Source: Candidatus Neptunichlamydia sp.
Lineage (GTDB): Bacteria; Chlamydiota; Chlamydiia; Chlamydiales; Simkaniaceae
Length of the DNA stretch: 64,000 bases
Direction: 5' to 3'
Assembly (NCBI GenBank): GCA_965233865.1
Contig: OZ247587.1
Coordinates: forward strand, 96,001 to 160,000
Shown in pieces: positions 10,061 through 20,800 of the stretch. Under the pieces are notes generated by a model. The model saw nothing but the letters and a program-made list of their open reading frames with translations, was not told the origin of the DNA and made no database searches. Numbering within the stretch: position 1 is the first letter of the stretch; every line of letters starts with the position of its first letter. The translations under genes and the position numbers were made by a program.

Positions 10061-10717
10061 TTAATTATTAAACTGCTTTGAAAAGAGAGTGATAGTACTG
10101 AGGGGCGTATTGGGTCCTTCATTGGCCATGTATTTCAAGAGGTCTCCTGCTTGGGGATCGAACCAAAGATCTGCATGCCAGAACATCTTCTTGAATCCGG
10201 TAAGGGTGATTTTTACTTTAAGAGCGTTGTAAGCTTTTCCGTGAACTTCTATTTGTTCAAGTCCTTGTTTGGTAGCGACCATGCTATGAAGGCTGAGCTT
10301 TTTCGGATGGACGATTGAAAACTTAAAGTCTCGAAATCTGGAATGAATAAAAGGCTTAAAGCAAAAATCAAACTCTTGAACCCAACTTTCCTTGCCAATA
10401 TGGAACTGTTTCTGAGTTTTCTCGTCGCCTATCTCTCGGTTTGCGATGAGGAAGTCTCCTTCGCGATGAATGGAGTATTGATTGCTTCGGTGTTTATGGT
10501 GATGGCTAAAGCTCTGAATGACGCGCTCTGGTGACGTTACAATGAGGGTTTTTCCACTTTGGCTTTCTCCAACAATATGGAGAATGTCGTCTTTTTCTTG
10601 AAATTCAAGAGTCCAGGTGGTTTTTGATTCTCGGCCGTTAACGTCTTTATTATAGATATAAGTGACTTCTGCAAAAGCACTGGAGATCATAACAAGAAAA
10701 AGAACTAAGAACTTCAT
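10061..10717 (-). CDS. exported hypothetical protein
   Basis: Signal peptide MKFLVLFLVMISSAFA after a GAGG RBS; beta-rich mature part. Confidence 0.7.
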   Translation of the reverse strand: MKFLVLFLVMISSAFAEVTYIYNKDVNGRESKTTWTLEFQEKDDILHIVGESQSGKTLIVTSPERVIQSFSHHHKHRSNQYSIHREGDFLIANREIGDEKTQKQFHIGKESWVQEFDFCFKPFIHSRFRDFKFSIVHPKKLSLHSMVATKQGLEQIEVHGKAYNALKVKITLTGFKKMFWHADLWFDPQAGDLLKYMANEGPNTPLSTITLFSKQFNN

Positions 10718-10803
10718 AAATACCTCAGGTTTCCCTCTGTATAACATCTTGCAGTTTTTCTGTCTCCTCCCGTAGAATGGGCGTTTTAACTAGGAGATCA
10801 TAA

Positions 10804-11349
10804 ATGAAGTACCTAACTGCAATGTTGCTTTGTGTATTTTCACTATTTGCAAAAGACAAAGGAGATGATATGTCGAAAAACCCTATTATTGTTATGGAAA
10901 CAACTCAGGGAGTTATTGAAATCGAACTCAGGCCAAAAGTGGCTCCCAAAGCGTGCGAGAACATGATGAAGCACGCAGCAAAAGGATATTACGATGGGAT
11001 TGTTTTTCACAGGATCATCAGCAAATTTATGATCCAAGGTGGAGATCCAACGGGGACTGGACGCGGAGGAGAATCGATTTGGGGAAAGCCTTTTGAAGAT
11101 GAATGCAGCTCAAGTGAGAAATTTGATCGGCCTGGTATTTTAGCCATGGCTAACTCAGGCCCTGGAACCAACGGCAGTCAATTTTTTATTACGACAGCAG
11201 AAACGCCATGGCTCAATGGTAATCACACTATTTTTGGTGAGGTTGTAAAAGGGTATGATATCGTTGAGAAGCTTGATAAGGTAAAGACGGGAATGCATGA
11301 CAAACCAGTCGAGAGCCAAAAAATTCTTAAGATGTATGTAAAGAAATGA
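10804..11349 (+). CDS. cyclophilin-type peptidyl-prolyl isomerase
   Basis: FHRIISKFMIQGGDPTGTGRGG, AMANSGPGTNGSQFFIT, WLNGNHTIFG. Confidence 0.95.
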   Translation: MKYLTAMLLCVFSLFAKDKGDDMSKNPIIVMETTQGVIEIELRPKVAPKACENMMKHAAKGYYDGIVFHRIISKFMIQGGDPTGTGRGGESIWGKPFEDECSSSEKFDRPGILAMANSGPGTNGSQFFITTAETPWLNGNHTIFGEVVKGYDIVEKLDKVKTGMHDKPVESQKILKMYVKK

Positions 11350-11984
11350 AAATTGCTCTTGTTGGCTACGGAAAGATGGGGAAGTCCGTTAGGGAGCTTT
11401 CCTTGTTAGCAGGGCATGAGTGCTTTAATGAACTTGTTTCCGATGCCGATGTGTGCATTGACTTTTCAGTTGGAGGAGAGGTAAAAAAGACTGCTCTTTC
11501 TATTGAGATTCCATGGGTTCTTGGAACGACTGGATGGAGTAAAGATGAAATTTTCCCGATTGTTGAAGAAAGGAAGATCCCTTTTCTTTACGCGCCCAAT
11601 TTTTCAATGGGGGTGGCTCTGTTTAGGAAAATGGCAAAACTAGGGAGCAGTCTATTTAAGGGATACGAAATAGAGGGGGTAGAAATCCACCACACCGAAA
11701 AAAAAGATGCTCCTTCGGGGACAGCTTTGAGGTTGATGGAGGAAATTGAGGGACTTAAGTTTACCTCTATAAGAAGAAGGGAGGAAGTTGGTACCCACCA
11801 GCTCATGTTTCACAGCCAAGAGGAATCTGTCGAGTTAACACATCGCGCGCTAGATCGAAAGGTGTTTGCTAGAGGGGCTATCCTATCAGCAGAGTGGCTA
11901 GTGGGGAAAAAGGGAATTTATACTTTTGATGATTATATTGAAGAAAGAGTGTCATGTCATTTGCAGGAATTACAACAGCATTAA
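11346..11984 (+). CDS. dapB: 4-hydroxy-tetrahydrodipicolinate reductase
   Basis: GYGKMG, GTTGW, APNFSMG, EIHHTEKKDAPSGTA. Confidence 0.95.
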   Translation: MKIALVGYGKMGKSVRELSLLAGHECFNELVSDADVCIDFSVGGEVKKTALSIEIPWVLGTTGWSKDEIFPIVEERKIPFLYAPNFSMGVALFRKMAKLGSSLFKGYEIEGVEIHHTEKKDAPSGTALRLMEEIEGLKFTSIRRREEVGTHQLMFHSQEESVELTHRALDRKVFARGAILSAEWLVGKKGIYTFDDYIEERVSCHLQELQQH

Positions 11985-12820
11985 TTACTCCTTTTAAAGA
12001 GGGGGAAATTGATGAGAAAGGACTGAGAGAAAATATTTCTTTCCAAATCAAAGAAGGGGTCGATAAGCTTCTTTTTTTAGGGACAACAGGAGAAGGGAAC
12101 TTTCTGTCTGAGGGCGAAAGAAAAAGGGTACTCTCGATTGCTCTTGAAGAGGGGAAAGGCAGTGCATCGCTACTGATTTCCTGTGGAGATGTTTCAACGG
12201 GGCATTCAGTTGCTAAAGTTACTCAAGCAGAAAAAATGGGCATGGAAGGGGCTTTAGTCATTGCTCCTTACTACTGTCGTCCAACACAAGAAGGACTTTT
12301 CCGCCACTTTGAGACGGTAGCAAAAAACACCTCTCTTCCAATTATCATTTATAATCATCCGAAACGGACCGGTGTAGAAATTGAGCTGGAGACAGTCAAA
12401 CGACTAGCAGAGATTCAGAACATCGTGGGGATCAAAGATGCATCGGGATCGATAACCTATGGGGCGTCGGTAATTGCAGCACTTCCTGATTTTTTATTTT
12501 TAACGGGAGATGATTTAATGACTCTTCCTATTTCAGTAATTGGAGCAGCAGGCTTAATCTCAGTGCTTAGTAATCTGATGCCGCGCAAAATGAAGGAATT
12601 GGTAGAGACTCAAGACCGCGTATTATATCAGAATTTATATCCTTTTATCGCCATGAGTCAAATTGAGACAAATCCAGTTCCGATCAAAGCTATGATGAAC
12701 CTAGTAGGATTTTCTGCAGGAGAGTGTCGCCTTCCACTCACGTCCCTTTCAAAGGTAAATCATAACAAATTGCGGGACCTTCTACTGAGTTCCTCACTGA
12801 TTGAGGAGGCAACTCTATGA
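11954..12820 (+). CDS. dapA: 4-hydroxy-tetrahydrodipicolinate synthase
   Basis: TALITPF, GTTGE, IIYNHP, GIKDASG, ETNPVPIK. Confidence 0.95.
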   Translation: MSFAGITTALITPFKEGEIDEKGLRENISFQIKEGVDKLLFLGTTGEGNFLSEGERKRVLSIALEEGKGSASLLISCGDVSTGHSVAKVTQAEKMGMEGALVIAPYYCRPTQEGLFRHFETVAKNTSLPIIIYNHPKRTGVEIELETVKRLAEIQNIVGIKDASGSITYGASVIAALPDFLFLTGDDLMTLPISVIGAAGLISVLSNLMPRKMKELVETQDRVLYQNLYPFIAMSQIETNPVPIKAMMNLVGFSAGECRLPLTSLSKVNHNKLRDLLLSSSLIEEATL

Positions 12821-13707
12821 TTAAGGTGGGGCTTTTGGGTGGAGGAGGGCTGGTAGGTCAGACCTACCAAACACTTATTGATAAGCATCGAGATTTTGAA
12901 CTTTGTTTTATTCCTTCAAGAGAGGAACTAGGGGATGTTTCAAAAGCTAGAGAATGCGACTTAATTTTTTCAGCTCTCTCGAATAGTGCAGCTGAAATTT
13001 ACGACCCTCTATATGCAGGGGCGGGATACCCGGTCTTCTCGTCGGCTTCTTGCCATCGAATGGAAGAAGATATTCCCTTAATTATTTCTGAAATTAATCC
13101 CGAGGATTTTACATGGATTGCAAGGCAGCAAAAAAGTCGTGGATGGAAAGGCTTTATTGTCGCTAAACCAAATTGCACTCTTCACAGTATGATTCTTCCT
13201 TTGTTCCCTCTGCATAAGAGATTTGCTTTAAGTGGAATCTCAGTGACCTATCTGCAGGCGCGGAGCGGCGCAGGAAAAGGGTTTAAGTTAGAAGGCAACA
13301 TCCTCCCATTTATTGAAGGAGAAGAAGAAAAATCAACGATAGAAACCCATAAGATATTGGGAGATTCTTCAATCCAAATTTCATCGCAGTGCATGAGAGT
13401 CCCGGTTCTTCATGGTCATCTTGCTGCTGTATCAGCAAGGTTTGAAGAAAAACCCTCTTTAGAGGAAGTGAAAACCATCTGGCATCAGTATGAACCCGTC
13501 TCCTATCTTGAACAAGAGGACCGTCCTCAGCCTGCCCTCGACTTAGGCGATGGAATGGTGGTGAGTATTGGACGTCTTTCTCCCTGTCCCTTAATGGATA
13601 TTCGGTTTGTCTCTTTGTCCCATAATCTGATTCGGGGAGCTGCAGGGGGTGGACTATTAACAGCAGAGTATTGGAGTAAACATGTTAGAACGTCCACCGC
13701 AGTTTAA
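12817..13707 (+). CDS. asd: aspartate-semialdehyde dehydrogenase
   Basis: KPNCT catalytic Cys, QARSGAG, RVPVLHGH, HNLIRGAAG. Confidence 0.9.
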   Translation: MIKVGLLGGGGLVGQTYQTLIDKHRDFELCFIPSREELGDVSKARECDLIFSALSNSAAEIYDPLYAGAGYPVFSSASCHRMEEDIPLIISEINPEDFTWIARQQKSRGWKGFIVAKPNCTLHSMILPLFPLHKRFALSGISVTYLQARSGAGKGFKLEGNILPFIEGEEEKSTIETHKILGDSSIQISSQCMRVPVLHGHLAAVSARFEEKPSLEEVKTIWHQYEPVSYLEQEDRPQPALDLGDGMVVSIGRLSPCPLMDIRFVSLSHNLIRGAAGGGLLTAEYWSKHVRTSTAV

Positions 13708-14830
13708 AGAGCTTAACCCCTCTTACCTCTTTCCAGAAATTAACCGTCGAAAGGAAGCCTTCTTAAAAGAGAATCCTGCTATTCAGCTATTAAGCCTTGG
13801 GATTGGAGATACAGTTCTTCCTCTTCCTAAAGTAATCGCCTCAGCTTTAGAAAAAGGGGCAGCAGAGCTGGGAACTTTGGAGGGATATTCTGGATATGGA
13901 AAGGAACAGGGGCTTTTGGAGCTCCGGACAAAAATCTGCAGTCGCCTCTACCCCAAACTTTCTCCTGAGGAGATTTATATTTCAGATGGAGCAAAAAGTG
14001 ATCTAGGGCGTCTTCAGAATCTTTTTGGAGGAAAGGTCCGAGTGGGAATTCAAGATCCTACTTACCCCGTCTATGTAGATGGAAGCATCTTGCAAGGTGT
14101 AAAGAGCATAGAGCTTCTCCCATGCACGCCGCAAAATAATTTTTTTCCAGAGATTCCTGAGGGGCTAGATCTTCTATATATATGCAACCCGAATAACCCT
14201 ACCGGGAGAGCTTATACCTACGAAGAGCTGAAAAGAATTGTCGACTATGCTCTTAAGAACTGCGCGATTATTCTCTATGATGGTGCGTATTTTTCGTATA
14301 TTCAAGATAGTGCTTTGCCTCGTACAATCTATGATATTCCAGGAGCAGAGAAAGTTGTAATTGAGGTTAACTCTTTTTCCAAAATGGCAGGATTTTCAGG
14401 AGTACGATTGGGATGGACTGTGATTCCCAAAGAGCTGAAGTTCCAGTGTGGACACTCTATAAAAGATGATTACCATCGCTTTGGATGCACCGTTTTTAAT
14501 GGGGCTTCAAATATTGCTCAAAAGGGTGGTGTTGCTGTGTTTACCGATGAAGGGTGGGAGGCAATTCAAGAGTCCATTCAATATACAATGACTAATGCTA
14601 AGCTTCTTAAAGAGAAATTTGAAGGGGAGGGATACCGTGTTCATGGAGGAGAGAATGCGCCATATCTATGGATTGAAACCCCCGGGCGTCAATCCTGGGA
14701 GGTTTTTCAAGAATTTATGGAGAAACGACATCTTATTATCACCCCAGGTGCAGGGTATGGACTTTTTGGAGAACACTGTATTCGGGTTAGTGCCTTTGGT
14801 CTGAGAGAAAGAATTGCTGAGTTTATCTAA
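13682..14830 (+). CDS. dapL: LL-diaminopimelate aminotransferase
   Basis: SYLFPEI, LGIGD, SDGAKSD, PNNPTG, SFSKMAGFSGVRLG, NAPY; within the dap cluster. Confidence 0.93.
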   Translation: MLERPPQFKELNPSYLFPEINRRKEAFLKENPAIQLLSLGIGDTVLPLPKVIASALEKGAAELGTLEGYSGYGKEQGLLELRTKICSRLYPKLSPEEIYISDGAKSDLGRLQNLFGGKVRVGIQDPTYPVYVDGSILQGVKSIELLPCTPQNNFFPEIPEGLDLLYICNPNNPTGRAYTYEELKRIVDYALKNCAIILYDGAYFSYIQDSALPRTIYDIPGAEKVVIEVNSFSKMAGFSGVRLGWTVIPKELKFQCGHSIKDDYHRFGCTVFNGASNIAQKGGVAVFTDEGWEAIQESIQYTMTNAKLLKEKFEGEGYRVHGGENAPYLWIETPGRQSWEVFQEFMEKRHLIITPGAGYGLFGEHCIRVSAFGLRERIAEFI

Positions 14831-14912
14831 AAGAGAAAAATTCTTGCAGTAATGGAGACAATATCTTCAAATAACGCACCAATGCCTTTTGGGTAATTTG
14901 CAAATCTCACAC

Positions 14913-15314
14913 CTACTCTTCGATTTTTTTTCGCATCTTTTTAATTTCAGAGTGTTTCTTTTTGTCCTCTAAGATTTTTTGTTTCAACCTACGAGATCGA
15001 CGTTTTTTTTGCTGCCTAATTTTTTCCATTTCCCTTCGTTTTTTTGTTTTTTCTTGGTGAATTTCATAGGCGATTTTTTCACAAAGTTCTCGACGGGCTA
15101 TGTAGCGATTGAGCTCTTGAGAGCGTTCCTGCTGGCATTTCACTTCAATTCCAGTTGGAAGATGTTTGAGGTAAACACAGGAAGCGGTTTTATTGACCTT
15201 TTGTCCGCCCTTGCCGGAGCCTAGAATGAATTTTTCGATGAGATCACTATCTATGACTCCAAGCTCGTCCATTCTTTTTGCAAGAGTGCGTTTTTTTTCA
15301 TAAGATACAGGCAT
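14913..15314 (-). CDS. peptide chain release factor-like protein (ArfB/YaeJ-type)
   Basis: [15 protein letters not shown] motif, QERSQELNR, basic C-terminal tail. Confidence 0.88.
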   Translation of the reverse strand: MPVSYEKKRTLAKRMDELGVIDSDLIEKFILGSGKGGQKVNKTASCVYLKHLPTGIEVKCQQERSQELNRYIARRELCEKIAYEIHQEKTKKRREMEKIRQQKKRRSRRLKQKILEDKKKHSEIKKMRKKIEE

Positions 15315-15380
15315 ATTTACTTCAAAAAAAAGGTGAACTTCAAAAATGATGTTCACCTTACTAATGCATTAGATAACGCA

Positions 15381-15605
15381 TTAAGCGGAAGCAGTATTTT
15401 CCTCTTCTTCGTCATCAGATAGAGCGAGGTAAGAACCAACGTTTTCCTCTTCTTCGTCACTGAAAGAAACGTGCACATCAGTTGTTTCAATAGCAACGGG
15501 TTCTTCAGGGCTTTCTTCAGATTCTTCTGCAAACATTGCGTATGCAAACATTGGGCATGCAAACATGCTAAAAGCAGCTAGTGCTAGTAGTGAAAATTTT
15601 TTCAT
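15381..15605 (-). CDS. small acidic exported protein
   Basis: GAGG RBS, signal-like N-terminus, internal repeats (MFA x3; SD(D)EEEEN x2). Confidence 0.65.
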   Translation of the reverse strand: MKKFSLLALAAFSMFACPMFAYAMFAEESEESPEEPVAIETTDVHVSFSDEEEENVGSYLALSDDEEEENTASA

Positions 15606-15664
15606 ATCAATACCTCACATTAGGTTAAAGTTCAATCCTAGCCAATTTAACTTTTGTTAACTTT

Positions 15665-16645
15665 TCACGCAAGCAGAAAGCGTTTGAGTTTCTCCTGGAT
15701 GCCCTCACGAATTTTCATAGTTTTTCCTTTTTCTCGTCCCTTTCTAGCTCCTCTTTCATGATGGCAAAATGAGAACGATACGGAAGAAAGATGAGGATAA
15801 ATTTTTTGAGCCATGGTTATCAAGTGATTTTCGACGCGGATAAGAGACTTGGACTCAACTTCCTTGCCCTTGTATCCTTCAGCAAGACCTCGGAAAAAGG
15901 AGTTTTTTGAAGCAGCCCCCTTTAGCAAAGAATCTTCTTTTTGAGCCTCTTTCCAGAGGGCTTCAAATTGGTGATCAAGAAAATGAGCGACATACTCGGC
16001 AATTTGAGTAGCCGTCTTATCTCCAATGATCTCCAAATATACCCCTTTTTTTCCTTTGTTGAAGACGGGATAGACATAAAAACTCTTTACGATTGATGCT
16101 ATGGCTTGGAGCTTTGCGCTTCCCCGTTTTTTTTCTAGAATGCGAAGGAGCACCGTCGTATCCTCTTTAGGAGTATATTCGACATTATATTTGCTTAAGA
16201 GTTGCTGAGCTTTTAGAGTGGCTTCTTCAGCTTCAGAAGGGTGAGGACTTTCAGCTAGAGAAAGAAGCTTTCTCACCTTTTCGACAATGCGCTTGTTTTT
16301 CACTACTTTTTCTAGGGGAACTGTGGCCTTTGAAACCTCGACTGCCCACCCGTATCTTTTGCAGACTGCACGAAACTCTTTTCCATGCGCAGGGACGCGG
16401 CATCCAAACTCAAGGAAGGTGAGAAGGTGGGCAAGCTCATGTCGTATCATTTCCTTTATTGCTTCCTCATTCTCAAGAAGAAACACTTTATTGATCCCTA
16501 TTTCAAAAAGGTCTCTTTGAAAAGTTCCTAGGGTTGAAGGGTGGTCAAAGACAATAAACTGGAGGGGATAGGAGTATCCCTGATAATAAAACCGGGAGCG
16601 TCCGACCTTGATTCTCATTTCGCACGCAAGAATTTCAAAAGCCAT
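15665..16645 (-). CDS. SprT-like zinc metalloprotease / DUF2786 domain protein
   Basis: HELAH...HGKEF motif; EKVRKLLSLAES...EAEEA...KAQQLLSKYN. Confidence 0.8.
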   Translation of the reverse strand: MAFEILACEMRIKVGRSRFYYQGYSYPLQFIVFDHPSTLGTFQRDLFEIGINKVFLLENEEAIKEMIRHELAHLLTFLEFGCRVPAHGKEFRAVCKRYGWAVEVSKATVPLEKVVKNKRIVEKVRKLLSLAESPHPSEAEEATLKAQQLLSKYNVEYTPKEDTTVLLRILEKKRGSAKLQAIASIVKSFYVYPVFNKGKKGVYLEIIGDKTATQIAEYVAHFLDHQFEALWKEAQKEDSLLKGAASKNSFFRGLAEGYKGKEVESKSLIRVENHLITMAQKIYPHLSSVSFSFCHHERGARKGREKGKTMKIREGIQEKLKRFLLA

Positions 16646-16728
16646 CTTCTTGACTTTTCGGAGGAACAAAAGAATAGTGGTTGAGTAAAGAATTTCCATG
16701 TGACATTATGATAGTAAGATTTAGGGTA

Positions 16729-17736
16729 ATGATGCAAAGGAAGATTCGAGTAGGTGTTCTTTTTGGAGGACAATCAGAAGAGCATGAAGTGTCGATCAGG
16801 TCGGCTCAATCGGTTATAGAGCATCTTAATCGTGATAAATATGAAGTTTATCCTATTAAGATTGAAAAAAGTGGAACATGGTTTTTTAACGATTTTCAAG
16901 TTTCTCCTGAAAAGATTTTTTTTTCCCCTTGCGTACTAAAAAAAAACTTTGACGTTATCTTCCCTGTTCTTCATGGCCCTTACGGAGAGGACGGAACTGT
17001 TCAAGGCCTTGTAGAGCTCGCACACCTCCCTTATGTTGGACCCGATCACCTTAGCTCTGCCATGTGTATGGACAAAGGGGTGATGAAGGATATGCTTAAT
17101 GGGGCGGGACTGCCTACTCCTAAATCGCTTTCTCTTCAATCATTTGATGTAGGGAAAATTCTTGATGCCTTTGCTTTTCCTTTTTTTGTTAAGCCAGCAA
17201 GATTGGGATCTTCTATTGGAATTACTAAAGTCCACTCAGAAGAAGAACTCCTTCCTGCGCTTGGGGAGAGCTTTAAATACGATGAAAGGATTGTGGTCGA
17301 AGAAGGAATCAAAGGGCAGGAATTGGAGATTTCTATTCTTGGGAACCTAGATCCAAGAGCATCTCTTCCTGGTGAGATTATCCCTACTCATGACTTCTAT
17401 TCTTATGAAGCAAAGTATCTCGATGAAAATGGGGCGCGCTTTATCCTTCCTGCTAAAATCTCTCCTGAAAAAACTAAGGAAATGCAGGAACTCGCTATTA
17501 AAGCATATAAAACAATGAGATGTGAGGGAATGGCGCGTGTTGATTTCTTCATGGAGAGAGGAGGAAACCTTCTTATCAATGAGCTTAATACGATCCCTGG
17601 ATTCACCTCCATTAGTCTCTACCCCAAATTATGGGAGGTAAGTGGTTTGTCTTATCCAGACCTTCTCTGTGAGCTTATCGGCTTTGCTATTCAGCGTTTT
17701 AACCGTTTAAAAACTAAAATGTATACATTTCATTGA
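16729..17736 (+). CDS. ddl: D-alanine--D-alanine ligase
   Basis: FGGQSEEHEVS, LHGPYGEDG, GSSIG, YSYEAKY, NELNTIPGFT. Confidence 0.96.
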   Translation: MMQRKIRVGVLFGGQSEEHEVSIRSAQSVIEHLNRDKYEVYPIKIEKSGTWFFNDFQVSPEKIFFSPCVLKKNFDVIFPVLHGPYGEDGTVQGLVELAHLPYVGPDHLSSAMCMDKGVMKDMLNGAGLPTPKSLSLQSFDVGKILDAFAFPFFVKPARLGSSIGITKVHSEEELLPALGESFKYDERIVVEEGIKGQELEISILGNLDPRASLPGEIIPTHDFYSYEAKYLDENGARFILPAKISPEKTKEMQELAIKAYKTMRCEGMARVDFFMERGGNLLINELNTIPGFTSISLYPKLWEVSGLSYPDLLCELIGFAIQRFNRLKTKMYTFH

Positions 17737-17806
17737 ATGTGGGGGAGCTTCATGGACAGAAATGAAAGATTTGTTTTAAATATGTTGATGGATTACCATC
17801 ACTAAA

Positions 17807-20800
17807 ATGGAAATCAAAGCGCTGTCAAAGCAGAAGATTGAAAGACCGGAGGATCTAACGATCCGTCCAGCTTTTTCCTTCTATAGCCGCTCCAAAAATC
17901 TTCTTGCGCATGTGAAGAAGATTCAAGGGGTTCTTGTTTCTGTACTCCCTAGCCCTCTGCCTTTTTATGACCGGGAGAGTTTAGCGAATTGGGTTAATTC
18001 ATCCCTCCCCTATATTATTTGGAGCCCTTTTGAATCACCTCCTGACTGTGTATCGATCTATTTCTTGATTAAACCCCTCAGTTCTATTCCTTCAGAAATA
18101 TTCATCTCGGAAATGATCAAGAGATGGCTTCTTCCTCATCAAGAGACAACGATTCTATCCTTTGAACACATATCGTTTACTTTTGATCACTACCCAAAGG
18201 AGCCTCTTTTTTTTGGCGAGGCTAAAGTCCTCATTCAAAATAAAAAAGAGGCCAATCTCTTGAAGGAAAATCTCCCTCTATTGAAAAAGGAAATTGCCTC
18301 CTCTATCTTAGCTGGTCGGTATGCTAAATCACTGCTGGAAACTAAGGCGCTTCCTCTCGACCACAAGACAAACCTTATTCGGGAATCTTTCATTAAGCTT
18401 CTCCATCGATATCCTGATGACTTAGATGAAGTCATTTTTGAGAGATTGGCCTATATGCAGGCTTATTCTTCTAAAGAGTTTCGAATGGAACGCTCATATT
18501 CCCACTTAGGAAGGATTCTCCTCAGTTTCCTATCAGGTCGTTCTCTATTGGCGCGGGAAATTAATGTCTTTCCTGAAAAAAGGCATATGAAAATTCGATT
18601 TTTAGCAACTGAACTCTCATTTCCATTTGGGAAGAAACCTGTATTAGGACTTTCAATTGTGGTAAACCTTTTTCACAAATATGAGTTTTTTGATGAAAAG
18701 CATGTTCTCAGGGCTGTTCAAAAATTTATCCCGGATATTCGAATTGTTCCAGGATCTATTTATCAATCAAGTCATTTGAACGATCCTATTATTTCTTTAT
18801 ACCTGGAGCTTGAGAAGATCGACGGTTCTTCCATAACTCTTGATGATAGAAAGCAATTAAAAAGCCAGCTTGAAGAAGAATTAAAAAAACGGATTGAACA
18901 CCTTGTCCCTTCTATTTTCACGGTACGGAATGAAGAAGAAACAATGCGGAATATTTTGATGCTCTCAAGAGAACTTAAGTCGGAAGATGATATTCCTCAA
19001 ATGATGATCTCATTTGACCAGCATTCTCAAGAGGACTTGGTTTTTACCGTGGTCCTTCTTCGGGTGAAATCTGAGAAAACGCCTCCTCTTCAAGATCTTT
19101 TAAAGAATGCAAACCCTCTTATTCGCTTTGTTCCTGATAGAATTCAGAATGTGAGCTATATCAGGAAGAGTCATCCTATTGAAGCAAATGTCTTTCGAGT
19201 GCACATGACAAAGCTTCCCTCATTTTTACGGATGGACTTTTCCGTGAACCTCTATCTAGCTCGAGAAGAGGTTGTCAAGTTCCTGAATAGTCATATTGGA
19301 GAAATTCGAGATTATAATGGAGGGATGATGGTGAAGCAAGGAGAGCTTCTCACCCAATTTAAACGTCTTTTTCAAGATATTTCTCAAAGGAACCAAGATC
19401 TTCTTGAGAACTTCTTCTATTCATTAAACCCTATTGAAGCCCAAGCAACAATATCCCTTCCCTCAATAAGTTTATTCTTTGAGATATTTATTCAAGCTGT
19501 TGAGAATGAATTTCCAAGAGATCGTTCCTATCTTCTGGAAATGGGTGAAGATGAAAACATTACTGTCGTAGTTGTTCGAGGGAATAATTCTGGGCTTTTG
19601 ACTCTTATTGAAGAAGCACTATCAGATGAGATTATTCAAGGACGAAATCTTGTTTCTTCGTCGCTCACATTTGAGGGGAGTTACTATCTAGGCTTTCTCT
19701 GTAGCGATCCTGTCAAAGAAAAGCACGAAGCTTTTAAAGCTATTGTCAATAAAACCATTAAGAAATGGAAAAAAGATCAAGATAATCTCCAAATTCTGAA
19801 AGTTCCGTATTCAAATTTTGTTTCTTTGGATCCTCGAATCGGGGGAGACCAAGATTCCTCTGTTTTTGTTAAACTACTATTCAATGGGCTTACACGGATT
19901 AGTCGAGATGGCAAGCCTAAGTATTCTGTTGCTAAGAGCGTTACTGTTTCAAGTGATAAGAAAACCTACATTTTTAAACTCCAAGAATCCTATTGGTCAA
20001 ACGGTGCTCCTGTTGTTGCATTTGACTTTGAATATGCTTGGAAAAAGGTTCTTTCACCCGGATTTGTAACACCTTTCGCATATGTCTTTTACCCTATAAA
20101 AAATGGAAAAAAAGCTAAGGAAGGAAAGGTAGAGATTGAAGAAGTGGGCATTGAGGCAATAGATGAACGTACATTGAAAGTTGAACTGGAGAACCCTGCA
20201 CCTTATTTTATTGAACTTACGGCAAATACATTGTATTCTCCTGTGAATCACCAGGTTGATCAGAAGCATCCTAATTGGTCAAAGCAGAAGAATGAAAACT
20301 TTGTATGCAATGGTCCTTTTAGACAGGTTGAGCCAAGCCAAGGGTATTTCTTCAATTTTGTTAAGAATAGCAAATATCTTATGAAGGAAGATGTCAAGTT
20401 AGATCAAATATTGTGCATTCGAACAGAAATGAAGCATGCAATTGAAATGTTTCGTCAAAAACAACTGCATTGCCTAGGTACTAACTTATTACAATTGAAT
20501 CATTTACAAGTAAAGATTGAAGAAGAAAATATTACCCATTATCTTTCCCCAAAAATTTTTTGGCAGTGTTTTAATGTGAATCATTTTCCTTTCAACCACA
20601 AAAAAATCCGTAGAGCTCTATCTAAAGCTGTTTCTAGGCAGGAAATCATAGCGACACATCCTGCCAAGAGAGTTCCAGCGTATACACCATTACCTTACCA
20701 ACTAACTCTCTGCCAAGATGCTGATTTCTTGATTAAGGAAGATCATGAAGGAGCACGGATTCTTTTTGCTGAAGCCTTGAAAGAAATCAAAATGAAAATT

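Noticed and set aside
16938..16946. A9 tract in ddl as phase variation
   Set aside because: A/T runs are common in this genome and the gene is housekeeping
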